From: an uncultured bacterium
GTDB taxonomy: Bacteria; Babelota; Babeliae; Babelales; Babelaceae
DNA: 64,000 bases
Reading direction: 5' to 3'
Assembly (NCBI GenBank): GCA_963848965.1
Contig: CAWKFG010000004.1
Span: 672,001 to 736,000 of the forward strand
Made by a program: the position numbers and the translations under genes. Below the pieces are notes generated by a model, which saw only the letters and a list, made by a program, of their open reading frames with translations, had not been told where the DNA came from and did no database searches. Position 1 is the first letter of the stretch. Every line of letters starts with the position of its first letter. Below, one piece after another: positions 11,214 to 21,686 of the stretch.

Positions 11214-14200
11214 TTACTTAAAAATAGCTGGAAGATCTTTAAGCTTAAACAAAATACGAATAACAATGTCACTCCGCCCTTGTGCTGCTGCTATTTTAAG
11301 TGCAAGTGCAGCTTTTCTTTTATCTGTAGAGAGCCTTGCATTTGCTTTCAAAAGATCATTAATGAGGTTAAGATTCCCTTTTGTAACTGCATAGAACAAT
11401 GCTGTATTGCCTTGAGTATCAGAAAGATTTATGCCAGAAAGCGCTAAAGCTTTCTTTTGTGCTTCTAGGTCATCTTTATAAAGCTCTGCTATACGCTCAC
11501 TATCTTGCATATACCACTTAAGTAATATTTGAACACATTCAGTATGACCATAGAGAATTGCATAATGTAATGCTGTACGCCCATAGATATCCTGTGCATT
11601 AATGAACCACTGCGGCATATCACTTTCTATAAACTGTCGTACTACTTTAGCATGACCAAATATGCAAGCCAGCATAAGTGGCGTTTGCAGTAAAAGATTA
11701 CGTGTGCGTTTTCCTTCTTTATATGTTTTTAGGTAATCAGCACATAATTGCTCTTTTTCTATAAGATAGCTTTGAAGTTCTCCTGTATCTAATAGCTTGA
11801 TAAGAAATAAGAGCTCTTCATGGCGCTCTTTTGCTAAAGACTGCATAAAATTATTTGGTCCTTGGGCCCTAGAGTTCATCAAGAGTTTCCCTAATTCATG
11901 CTGAAGTTTAGTTTTCAAGCTTTCAAGATTGAGAAACTCCGTTGACATGTCTTTTGATCCTGCAAGCAATGCAAACGATTCAAGAGCACATATTCGTACT
12001 GCATAATCAAAAACAGTGTAATTAACAGGATTCTTTTTAGTAATAAGAGCACCATGAGAAAGCAGAATTTTTATTATATCTGGAGCATTACCACAGACAG
12101 CTGTCATCAAAGAAGTTCTATCTTCAACAATATCATTAACATCTGCACCTAATGTAATAAGTTGCTCTATCAATGCTTTCTGTTTACCCTTAATTGCTTC
12201 ATGTAAAGCAAGCGATAAAGCAAATTGTCTATTTAAATGTACATCTACAAGCAGTGGCACAACCTTATGAATGCCTCTAAAAGCAGCAACTCTTATTGCA
12301 GCTTGTAGAGTACTTTCCGCTATCTTATCAGAGGCCGTAAGCAAAAGCTTTACAAGAGTTTCATCTGCTTTTTTTGCTGCAAGAGAAAGTGCAGTTTCAC
12401 TCTTTCTATCCCACAGGTTAATGTCTACACCATACTTGAGCAAAAGCTCTACGACAGGTATGTGTTCATTAATAACTGCGCGCATTAAGGAAGTTCTTTT
12501 TTGAGCATCCTGAGCATTTCTATCAGTACCCTGTCTTATAAGGTCTTCGACCGCTGTTGCATCTCCTCGAGCAGCAGCTTCTAAGAGCGCCTGTTGCTTT
12601 TGATATTTACCTGAAAGCATTTCTTCAAGCATATGCACTATGGTTTCGTGACCATTCTTTTTGGCATAAAAAAGAGCTGTATAGTTATGAGCATCTTGCA
12701 ACGTAACATCTGCACCAGCCTCTAGCAAAGTTTTAACACATGCTTCATGGCCCTTTTCTGCTGCTAACATTAAAGGAGTCCGCTTGTCTCTCAATGTTTG
12801 GTCATTGACAGAACCTCCTTGAGCTAAAAATAGCTGTAAAAGTTTCAGCTTACCCAAATGTGCAGCAAACAACGTTGCGTTATTACGAGCTTCTTGAGTA
12901 TGAGCACTTCTATTTATAAGAAGCTTAATCATTTCTTCATGCTCTTCTTTTACTGCAGTACCAATCGTAATTCTATCAATAGATGCACCAGCATCAAGAA
13001 GTACCTTTACTATTTCAATGTTGCCTGTTCTTACAGCTACATCTAAACAGGAACCATTTTTAGTTCGATTATTAACAAAAGATCCTGCTTTTAGTAATAA
13101 TTCTATAAGTTCCTTGTTACCTGATTCTATAGCATGCATAAGCCCAGTTTTGCCTTGCTCACTAGCTGCAAGTATATTAACGCCTTGAAGTAGAGTGCGC
13201 ACTTTGGAAATATCACCTTGAACAGCTGCTTCAAAGAATGCTTTTTGACGATCCATCTTTCGTTGACCAGTTATCTCGACTAAAGATGTAAATCTTTCTT
13301 CGCAACCTATTTTTTTTGCAAGTGCAAAACAATCTTGACCTGCTGAATCCTTACCTGCTGGCTGTGCTCCTGCGTCTAATAATGCTTCAACTATTTCCCA
13401 TGATGTATCCTCTAAAGCTTTCATAAGAAGTGGTACCTTACGTTGAGGATCTGCTGCAGTAATTGTCCTATCTGATCGAGCTCCTTGTGCTAGAAGCGTT
13501 TTAATCAGAAAAGAGCTCTTTTTTAATCTCACAGCATAATCAAGTGCAGCGTCAAGAGCTTGCTGCCTAGTTTCATGTGCTTGTATAAGCATGAGTACTA
13601 TTTCTTCATGCCCTTCTGATACAGCAGCGTATAAAGCATCACCATCACTATTTTTAGCGCCTTTTTGTAAGAGTAACTGAACAGCTTCCTTGTGCCCTAC
13701 TCGAGCCGCTTGTGAGAGAGCACTTTGACCCTTAGAAGTTTTCAGATCTATAGCCAGCCCTTTTTCAAGTAAGAGCCTTATAACGTCAAGATTTCCTCCG
13801 TCTCCTGCGAATATAAGAGCATTTACATCACCCTCAGAGGAATGCATCGTATGGGGACATCCTTTTTCTAAAAAGAATTGAACAAGCTCAAGCGAGCCTG
13901 CATCTGTTGCCATAAAAAGAGGGTTATTCTCTGCATGTTCAGAGGTATATAATAACTGCCAAACTTTCTTTTTATCATTGATCATTCTTTTTACAAGGCT
14001 TACATTATTTTTACTAATAGCACCCCTTAAAGCATGTGCATGAATCTCAATTTGTTCAGACTGCTTTTTATTACTTATTTTCATAAACTTAGTAACAAGT
14101 ATCTCGTTACCCCACGCTGCAGCATGTTGAATAGCACGTCTAAGATCCAGTTGCTTAAGCTTGTTGCTATCACACTTGCTTACTATAAATTCTACTAAAG

Positions 14201-16286
14201 ATTCGTTATTCTGTTTTGCTGCATATTCAAGTGCTTGAGACAAATAAAAACTATGAAAATTATCGTGCTCAAGTAAAAGTGTAATTACATCGATATTACC
14301 ACCTTCTATTGCATATTCAAGTACAGTCTTACCTTGTTTATCAGTAACATCACAATGCCTATCTTGAGTAAAATAGTATTTAATAAGTGGTATATCTGCT
14401 TTAGCACACGCTTGAATAAAAGCTTCATCAACATCTTTCATTTGATTAACTTTATCTTCTAATAGTTTTTCAATAGTGCTGTACCCTTTTGTTTTTGCTA
14501 TTGTAAGCACATCACTATTATTAGTAGAGACGAAAGGTGATGCTCCTTTATCTAATAAAAGCTTTGAAATATCAGTATGCCCCTTTTGTACAGCATACCA
14601 TAACAGCAAATTCAGCCCACTATCTTTATCTGCCCATTCAGTAAGCAAAAGCCTTACTACTTCGGTATGCCCATTATGTACTGCTTTATCAAGAGCAGAC
14701 TTCTTTACATCTGATGGTATCTCTTCTTTATTTTCAAGTAACAGTTTAACTATATCTGCATGACCACCAGCTGCAGCGACGATGAGAGGACTTCTGTATC
14801 GTTCGTCCCTTACATTAATTATCATATTCTGCTTAAGCAATTGCTGAACCAAAGAATAGTCTCCTTGAGCACTTGCTTCAACAAACTCTGTTTGCTGCTT
14901 TTCCTGTTTAACTTGAGCCTCTTCTACGAGCTTCACTATCTCCTTATAGCCTCTTTTCTCTGCTTTCCTAAGAGCATAACTGCAATGTATAACAGCTTGA
15001 TTACAAAGATTTGTTTGAAGGAGGAGCTCCACCATATCCTTATGCCCTGCTTTTATAGCAATCTCTAAAGCATTATAGGTACGGGAACCAGCTTGATCTA
15101 GATAAACCTTTGCTCCAAGTCCTAATAACTTTTTTGCAAGAGTGAGATTGTTTCTAGAAGCAGCTCCGAGAAGAGCACACGTATAAGCTTTTTTCTTATC
15201 AAGAGCCTTTTCACATAAGAGATCTAATAAATCACTACGATCTAATTCAGCAAGAGCTGTAAGAGGCGCTGCATTTTTTTGAAGAAATTTACTTTTACAA
15301 GAATATAACAATTCATCTGTTATATAGGGTAACAAGAGAGGAATAAGATTCGTATGCTCTTGTCTAACTGCTTCTACAAAAGCTTCTGCTATACTATGCT
15401 GATTTCTATTGTTTACGTGAGAAAGAAACTCTTTTACCCAACGCTCTCTATTATGTTTTGCAGCAATAACAAGAGGAGCTCTTACCTGACTCTTTTTAGA
15501 ATGCCATAATGCACCTCGTTCTAGAAGAAACTGCACAGTATCATCATGGCCTCCTTCAAGAGCAGCTGTTAACGGCAGACGATAGCCTGTAGTATGGCTA
15601 TTAATATCAGCTTTATTTTGCAAAAGCACTTCAATAAGAGTAGTATGTCCAAAATAAGCAGCTCCTATCAGCGGGCTTACAAAAAACCTTTTTAGTGTAG
15701 AATCATCTTCAACAATGCTTGAGATACTTGTTAAAAACGCACCTTTGGCTGCATAATCTACATCTGCCCCTTGTTCTATAAGAAACTGCGCTATCTCTTT
15801 ATGTCCACATACACATGCTACTATAAGAGCTTGTGAAATAATCCACTCTTTGATCTCTGAACTTTTGCTGTAAATAGTTTTCACAAGCTCACTATCACCT
15901 ATTTCTACAGCGTACGTAAGTGCAGTATTATTAAAGCTATCTTTCTCATCTATCTGTGAATTCTCACTGTTAATAATCTTTAGAGCAAGCTCTTTATTCT
16001 TCTGCCTGAGCGCCTCTATAAGTGGTGTTGTTTGACCTTGAGAAAGAACTGCTTTCTGTCTCTTTTTAGGAAGCTTTTGGCTCTTCTGCTTTGTATCCTT
16101 GTTTTTTATTGCAGCTTTTTTACGCTTTGTTCCGTTTGCACGAGGTATAGGATCTACAACATGTTCAGGCTCTGCATCAGAAGAAGAGCTATACTGTTGA
16201 CTGGTTTCTTCATAAGTCCTTTTCATACAGCAAAGCTCTTCTACGCAAAAGCCTATACCTAGTACTATAAACAGTAGTAATTTCAT
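11214..16286 (-). CDS. Giant exported ankyrin-repeat protein (1690 aa), tandem paralog 3
   Basis: Signal peptide + MKR + acidic/basic N-terminus; ankyrin repeats; ends LPAIFK. Confidence 0.95.
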   Translation of the reverse strand: MKLLLFIVLGIGFCVEELCCMKRTYEETSQQYSSSSDAEPEHVVDPIPRANGTKRKKAAIKNKDTKQKSQKLPKKRQKAVLSQGQTTPLIEALRQKNKELALKIINSENSQIDEKDSFNNTALTYAVEIGDSELVKTIYSKSSEIKEWIISQALIVACVCGHKEIAQFLIEQGADVDYAAKGAFLTSISSIVEDDSTLKRFFVSPLIGAAYFGHTTLIEVLLQNKADINSHTTGYRLPLTAALEGGHDDTVQFLLERGALWHSKKSQVRAPLVIAAKHNRERWVKEFLSHVNNRNQHSIAEAFVEAVRQEHTNLIPLLLPYITDELLYSCKSKFLQKNAAPLTALAELDRSDLLDLLCEKALDKKKAYTCALLGAASRNNLTLAKKLLGLGAKVYLDQAGSRTYNALEIAIKAGHKDMVELLLQTNLCNQAVIHCSYALRKAEKRGYKEIVKLVEEAQVKQEKQQTEFVEASAQGDYSLVQQLLKQNMIINVRDERYRSPLIVAAAGGHADIVKLLLENKEEIPSDVKKSALDKAVHNGHTEVVRLLLTEWADKDSGLNLLLWYAVQKGHTDISKLLLDKGASPFVSTNNSDVLTIAKTKGYSTIEKLLEDKVNQMKDVDEAFIQACAKADIPLIKYYFTQDRHCDVTDKQGKTVLEYAIEGGNIDVITLLLEHDNFHSFYLSQALEYAAKQNNESLVEFIVSKCDSNKLKQLDLRRAIQHAAAWGNEILVTKFMKISNKKQSEQIEIHAHALRGAISKNNVSLVKRMINDKKKVWQLLYTSEHAENNPLFMATDAGSLELVQFFLEKGCPHTMHSSEGDVNALIFAGDGGNLDVIRLLLEKGLAIDLKTSKGQSALSQAARVGHKEAVQLLLQKGAKNSDGDALYAAVSEGHEEIVLMLIQAHETRQQALDAALDYAVRLKKSSFLIKTLLAQGARSDRTITAADPQRKVPLLMKALEDTSWEIVEALLDAGAQPAGKDSAGQDCFALAKKIGCEERFTSLVEITGQRKMDRQKAFFEAAVQGDISKVRTLLQGVNILAASEQGKTGLMHAIESGNKELIELLLKAGSFVNNRTKNGSCLDVAVRTGNIEIVKVLLDAGASIDRITIGTAVKEEHEEMIKLLINRSAHTQEARNNATLFAAHLGKLKLLQLFLAQGGSVNDQTLRDKRTPLMLAAEKGHEACVKTLLEAGADVTLQDAHNYTALFYAKKNGHETIVHMLEEMLSGKYQKQQALLEAAARGDATAVEDLIRQGTDRNAQDAQKRTSLMRAVINEHIPVVELLLKYGVDINLWDRKSETALSLAAKKADETLVKLLLTASDKIAESTLQAAIRVAAFRGIHKVVPLLVDVHLNRQFALSLALHEAIKGKQKALIEQLITLGADVNDIVEDRTSLMTAVCGNAPDIIKILLSHGALITKKNPVNYTVFDYAVRICALESFALLAGSKDMSTEFLNLESLKTKLQHELGKLLMNSRAQGPNNFMQSLAKERHEELLFLIKLLDTGELQSYLIEKEQLCADYLKTYKEGKRTRNLLLQTPLMLACIFGHAKVVRQFIESDMPQWFINAQDIYGRTALHYAILYGHTECVQILLKWYMQDSERIAELYKDDLEAQKKALALSGINLSDTQGNTALFYAVTKGNLNLINDLLKANARLSTDKRKAALALKIAAAQGRSDIVIRILFKLKDLPAIFK

Positions 16287-16315
16287 GTAGTTTCCTTACC
16301 TACAAAAGCACGCAA

Positions 16316-19300
16316 CTATTTAAAAATAGCTGGAAGGTCTTTAAGCTTAAACAAAATACGAATAACAATGTCACTCCACCCTTGTGCGGCTGCTATTTTA
16401 AGAGCAAGTGCTGCTTTTCTTTCATCTGTAGAAAGCCTTGCATTTATTTTTAAAAGCTCATTAACAAGCTTTAGATCTCCCTTTGTAATAGCATAAAATA
16501 ATGCTGTATTACCTTGATTATCAGAGAGATTTATACCTGAAAGCGCAAGAACTTTCTTCAGCGCTTCTTCATTATTTTTGTGCAGCTCTTTTATACGCTC
16601 ATTATCTACCGTATACCACTTAAGTAATAGTTGAACACACTCAGTATGACCATAAAGAATAGCATAGTGTAGTGCTGTACGGCCATAGGCATCCTGCGCA
16701 TTTATAAACCACTGTGGCATAGCGCTCTCTATAAACTGCTGCACAATGTCAGCATGGCCAAACATACATGCCCACATAAATGGCGTTTGTAAAAACTCAT
16801 TCCGAGCACATTTTTCTTCTTCTAGATATACTCGTATGTATTCAGAGCAAAAGGAAGCTTTATCCTTAAGATATACTTTAATGTCTGGTACTCCTAGTAA
16901 ATGAATAAAAAGTAACATCTCTTCATAATTTTGCTTTATCAAGAACTCTAAGAATCCGCCTAATCCCTGTTTCTTTGATGCTATAAGATGCTCTCCTATT
17001 TTTTGCTGAAGTTGAATTTTAAAAATTTGTTGTCCTGCTACTACTAATTCAAAAGAAGGATTTTCAGATCCCATAAGAAGAGCAAGCGCTTCAAGCGATC
17101 CTGCTTCTGTAGCACTATCAAAAGCAGTGAACCCTCGGTTGTTTCTATAGTTAATAGCAGCCTTATGAGCAAGTAAAAGCTTTATCATATCAGTAGTATT
17201 AACAGAAGCTGCCCTCATCAAAGGAGTTCTTTCTTCAACAACGCTATTAACATCTGCTTTTACATCTATAAGCTGCTCTACCAATGCTTTCTTTTGACCA
17301 CTTACTGCTGCATGTAAAGCAAGAGAAGCTGCTTGTACTGTATCTGTATGAACAGCCAATAGCGCTTTTACAATCTCATCTAATCCCTGTAGAGCAGCTA
17401 TTTGTAATGCACGCTCTAACGTTTGAGCTGTTACCTTATCAGGAAATGCTATAAGTAGCTGTACTAAAGTGCTATCTGCTTTCTCAACAGCAAGAGACAG
17501 TGCTGTATCGCTACCACCTTTATCTATGAGATTAATGTTAGCACCTTCTCTTACTAAGAGCTCTATTACCTCTTTATGTCCATGAGCAACTGCATGCATT
17601 AAAGCTGTTCTTCCTTGAGCATCATGTGCATCTTTATCGACTCCTTGTATAAGCAAGTCTTGCACTAATTCTCTGTCTCCTTGTTTAGCTGCCTCAAATA
17701 ATGCTCGTTGTTTTTGGTATTTATCTGAAAGTGCTTCTTCGAGCATACGTACTATCGTTTCATGACCATTCTTTCTTGCATATGCAAGAGCATCTAACTT
17801 TTCATCATCTTGCAACGTTGCATCTGCACGTGCATCAAGAAGAAGCTCTACACACTTTTCATGCCCTTTTCCAGCTGCCATCATTAAAGGTGTTCTATTT
17901 TGAGGACTTCTTGCATTAATATGTGCCCCTTGGTTTAACAATAACATCATTAACTCGTGCTTATTAAATGCGGCAGTAGCATCTAATGCCCAGTTACGCG
18001 CTTGTTGTTGATCTTGGCTATCATGTATAAGAAGCTGTAATATTCTTTGATTACCTTGACTTACTGCCATACCAATAGACTTAGCATCTACTTGAGCACC
18101 GGCACGTAGAAGAGCATTTACAATTGCTTCATTCTCTCTTTGCGTAGCAATACTTAAGGCTGAAATACCATTTTTAGTTCGAATATTTACTAACTCTCCT
18201 GATCGAGCAACCAATTCTACAAGCTCTCTACTTCCACTTGTTACAGCGTACATAAGGACTGTTTTGCCTTGCTCATCTGTTTGTTGTATATCTGCACCTT
18301 GTAAAATGAGTTCTTGCACAGAAGCTGTGTCGCCCTTAGCAGCTGCTTGTAATAATGCTTTTTGGCGCGCTGCCTTTTTATCACTCACAGTTGCTATTAT
18401 CTTTGATAATGTATCTTCCCACCCTTTACTTTTTGCCAGAGTAAAGCAATCTTGGCCTCTCGCATCTTTCGTAGAGGGGTTTGCACCAACATCTAAGAGA
18501 AATTGAACGATATCCCAATAACCGCGCTCGATAGCAAGCATAAGAATAGTTTTTCCCTCTCTCATTCTTGTTTCTAGACGTACACCTTGTAAAAGAAGTT
18601 TACGTAGAACAGAAGCATGTTTTCTATGCATTACTGAAGTTATAAAAGCTGCATCCAGAATATTTTGTCTAGTAGGACTTATGTCTATAAGAAACTGTAC
18701 AATATCTTCATGACCTCCTTTTACTGCCTCCGTAAGGGCCGTATGAATATTTTTAGCTCCCTTATTAATAAGAAGTTCTACAGCAGCTCTGTGTCCTGCT
18801 TGAGCTGCATACGTAAGAGCAGAATCGCCAGTACTAGTAACATCATCTATATTTATACCTTCTTTAAGTAAACGCTCTATAACGTCAGTATGCCCTCCTT
18901 GTGCAGCACTCATAAGTACTGTCATCTTTGGATCTTTTACCGCAGGAGCTCGCAGAACTGGAGAGACAGGTAGGCGAGGATATACAGCCGAATAATGAGG
19001 TACAGTCAGTGAACATCCTTTTTCTAAAAATAAATCTACTAATTCCAGTGATCCTACACGAGCAGCAATAAAAAGAGGATTTTTATCTACTTCTTGCGAT
19101 CTAAAAAGCGAATCCCAACTTCCTGCTATACCACTTAGTAGCTTATGCACAAGAGAAACATTCTTAGCACGAACAGCGGTACATAACGCATATTCACGAA
19201 GAGTCGCTTTATCATGAGCTCCTTTTACTAACTTTATAATGAGCTGTACCATCTTTTCATTGCCGCTTGTTACTGCAGTTTCAACAAAAGGTCTCATGTT

Positions 19301-21607
19301 ATTACTAGTAAGCGTACCACATTTGCCCAGTATAAATGTTACTAAAGGCTCATTACCCTTTTCTATTGCAAGCTTCAACCCACGATAGATCTTTTGTTTA
19401 TGTACTTTATGCTTTAACAAGAGCTCTATTACCTCTTTGTGCTCATATTCTGCTGCTAGCTCGCAAGCTGTTCTATTATTTTCATCACACGCATCACCAT
19501 CAATATCTTGCGTAAGATACTGCTGTATTGTTGGCATATCTGCTTCTGCACATGCTTTAAGAAATGCTCCTTCAACTTCTTTAACTTTAAGAAGCTTTTC
19601 TTTAAGAAATGCGACAAGGGCTGCATGGCCCTTCTCTTGTGCCCACGCAAGAGCATCTTTTCCATTTGTGTCTTTAAGCGTAAGAGAGGCTCCTTTGGAT
19701 TCTAGAAGCCGCACTACTTCTTCATGTCCATTTATCACCGCATGAATTAATGGAGTAAAATTAGTGTACATTCCTGTTTGTACATACGTCCTTTGAGGAC
19801 TATATGGCATAGGAACTGGTACACCATATGGCGATATTCCATCCTTAGCTACCATAAAGGCATACCCATTATTAGAATTTGTATTTAGCTTAGTATCCCG
19901 AACATTACTATCAGCTCCTGCTTGAATAAGAAGCTCTACTATTTGAGCATGCCCATTCTGTGCAGCAAGTAAAAGAGCTCCATTGATATTTACAGCATCC
20001 TTTTCAGTTTCAAGCAATAGTTTAACTATTTCTTTATTTCCATTACCTGCAGCAAGCATTAAAGGGTTCTTACCTTGTTTATCTTTTATATCAATACCTA
20101 CTTTTTGACTAATTAGCTGATGCACTAAGGCGTCATCTCCAGTAGAGCTTGCTTCAAGCAACTTTTGTTGTCGCTCTTGTTGCTGAGCAATCCCCTCTTC
20201 AAGCACCTTTGCTAGCTCTTCATCTCCTTTTTCTCGTGCACGCGAAATACTATATGTACAATTCTGAATATCTTCAATGTGCGCACCAGCTTGAAGAAGT
20301 AGTTTTATCATATCTACATTTTTTATATCTATAGCTTTTGAAAGAGGAACATCATGATAGGAGTACCTACCTTGAACCTTCTCGTACCCATTAACATTTG
20401 CTCCTCGTTTTATGAGTTTTTCTGCAAGTACTTTATTGTTAGCAGAAACAGCACCTATTAATGCATAGGTATATGCCTTATTTTTATCAAGAGCTTTTTC
20501 AAATAAGAGTTCAAGAATGTCTTCTTTTCCTAGTTCACCGAGAAATGTAAGAGCTGCTGGTGAGTTTCTAGGACGAGCACCTTGTACAGTCATATAAAGC
20601 ATCTCATCAGTTATATGTGGCATCAAAGTATCTGTAAGATGCATATGTTTATATCTAATACATTCAACAAGAGCTCGTATAATATCTCTTTGGTTTTTAT
20701 TTTTCTGATGTGGTAAAAACTCTTGCACCCAACGATCGCGATTATACATTGCTGCAACTATAAGAGGGGCCTTTACTTGATTATTTTTTGGTAGAATATG
20801 CGCTCCACGTTTAAGAAGAAGCTCTACAAGATCATCATGTCCACTTTCAAGAGCAGCTGTTAAAGGAACACGCTGACCCTGACCGTTAATGTTAATGTCT
20901 GCATTTTTGTTAAGCAGTAATTCAACAATAGCAAGGTGCCCAAAATAAGCAGCAACTAACAATGGGCTTGTGATAGACATTCTAAATTTACTAACACTTT
21001 CCTCATCAATAGCGTAAATACCTGAGAGGAACAATCCTTTTTCGCAGAAATCAACATCAGCTCTGTGTGTTATAAGAAACTCTGCTATATCTTTGTGGCC
21101 ACAAGCACAAGCTACTATAAGTGCTCTTGAAATTGTAGACCCTGAAAGAATTTTATCATATACAAGCTTTACAAGCTCAATGTCACCAGTTTCTGCAGCA
21201 TATACTAAAGCCGTATTTTCAAATGCATCAGCAGCAGAAACATCAACGCCACTTTCTACAAGAGCTGTAACTTCCTCTCTATTTTTATCTTTTACCATTT
21301 TCATTAAAGGAGTAACTGTAGCATCTTTAGCAGGAAATCGTACGTTCTTAGATTTTTTTCGAGAAGGCTTTTTAACTTTAGCAGAGGATTTTTTACCTTT
21401 TTCTTTTACCTTATCTCGCGTTCGCTTTTTACCTCGCTGCTGCTTTACTGGCTCTTCGCTTGGCGAGTCACTCACCTCATCAGCTTGTTCCATTTCTCTA
21501 TCAGAGGTATCATGCTCTTCGCTTTCTTCCGATAACTTTCGTTTCATACCTACTATGGTTTCTGTACATAAACCAACAAATAACGTTACTAATAATAATT
21601 TTTTCAT
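16316..21607 (-). CDS. Giant exported ankyrin-repeat protein (~1763 aa), tandem paralog 2
   Basis: Start at MKKLLLV (RBS AAGGA); signal peptide + MKR; ankyrin repeats; ends LPAIFK. Confidence 0.95.
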   Translation of the reverse strand: MKKLLLVTLFVGLCTETIVGMKRKLSEESEEHDTSDREMEQADEVSDSPSEEPVKQQRGKKRTRDKVKEKGKKSSAKVKKPSRKKSKNVRFPAKDATVTPLMKMVKDKNREEVTALVESGVDVSAADAFENTALVYAAETGDIELVKLVYDKILSGSTISRALIVACACGHKDIAEFLITHRADVDFCEKGLFLSGIYAIDEESVSKFRMSITSPLLVAAYFGHLAIVELLLNKNADININGQGQRVPLTAALESGHDDLVELLLKRGAHILPKNNQVKAPLIVAAMYNRDRWVQEFLPHQKNKNQRDIIRALVECIRYKHMHLTDTLMPHITDEMLYMTVQGARPRNSPAALTFLGELGKEDILELLFEKALDKNKAYTYALIGAVSANNKVLAEKLIKRGANVNGYEKVQGRYSYHDVPLSKAIDIKNVDMIKLLLQAGAHIEDIQNCTYSISRAREKGDEELAKVLEEGIAQQQERQQKLLEASSTGDDALVHQLISQKVGIDIKDKQGKNPLMLAAGNGNKEIVKLLLETEKDAVNINGALLLAAQNGHAQIVELLIQAGADSNVRDTKLNTNSNNGYAFMVAKDGISPYGVPVPMPYSPQRTYVQTGMYTNFTPLIHAVINGHEEVVRLLESKGASLTLKDTNGKDALAWAQEKGHAALVAFLKEKLLKVKEVEGAFLKACAEADMPTIQQYLTQDIDGDACDENNRTACELAAEYEHKEVIELLLKHKVHKQKIYRGLKLAIEKGNEPLVTFILGKCGTLTSNNMRPFVETAVTSGNEKMVQLIIKLVKGAHDKATLREYALCTAVRAKNVSLVHKLLSGIAGSWDSLFRSQEVDKNPLFIAARVGSLELVDLFLEKGCSLTVPHYSAVYPRLPVSPVLRAPAVKDPKMTVLMSAAQGGHTDVIERLLKEGINIDDVTSTGDSALTYAAQAGHRAAVELLINKGAKNIHTALTEAVKGGHEDIVQFLIDISPTRQNILDAAFITSVMHRKHASVLRKLLLQGVRLETRMREGKTILMLAIERGYWDIVQFLLDVGANPSTKDARGQDCFTLAKSKGWEDTLSKIIATVSDKKAARQKALLQAAAKGDTASVQELILQGADIQQTDEQGKTVLMYAVTSGSRELVELVARSGELVNIRTKNGISALSIATQRENEAIVNALLRAGAQVDAKSIGMAVSQGNQRILQLLIHDSQDQQQARNWALDATAAFNKHELMMLLLNQGAHINARSPQNRTPLMMAAGKGHEKCVELLLDARADATLQDDEKLDALAYARKNGHETIVRMLEEALSDKYQKQRALFEAAKQGDRELVQDLLIQGVDKDAHDAQGRTALMHAVAHGHKEVIELLVREGANINLIDKGGSDTALSLAVEKADSTLVQLLIAFPDKVTAQTLERALQIAALQGLDEIVKALLAVHTDTVQAASLALHAAVSGQKKALVEQLIDVKADVNSVVEERTPLMRAASVNTTDMIKLLLAHKAAINYRNNRGFTAFDSATEAGSLEALALLMGSENPSFELVVAGQQIFKIQLQQKIGEHLIASKKQGLGGFLEFLIKQNYEEMLLFIHLLGVPDIKVYLKDKASFCSEYIRVYLEEEKCARNEFLQTPFMWACMFGHADIVQQFIESAMPQWFINAQDAYGRTALHYAILYGHTECVQLLLKWYTVDNERIKELHKNNEEALKKVLALSGINLSDNQGNTALFYAITKGDLKLVNELLKINARLSTDERKAALALKIAAAQGWSDIVIRILFKLKDLPAIFK

Positions 21608-21686
21608 ATACATCCTTAAAACGGTAGTAATAGACAAAACACAGACTTTAGAGGCTTCGCCGAATAGTTGTTATAACACCTAAACT

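Noticed and set aside
19795..19830. PMPY as a WW-domain-binding PPxY motif
   Set aside because: Does not match the PPxY/LPxY consensus.
21093..21683. 196-aa plus-strand ORF and other antisense ORFs inside ankyrin genes (e.g. 4551..5000, 19437..19745, 25972..26286)
   Set aside because: Shadow frames of long coding genes; Ser/Leu/Phe-rich with no RBS or motifs.
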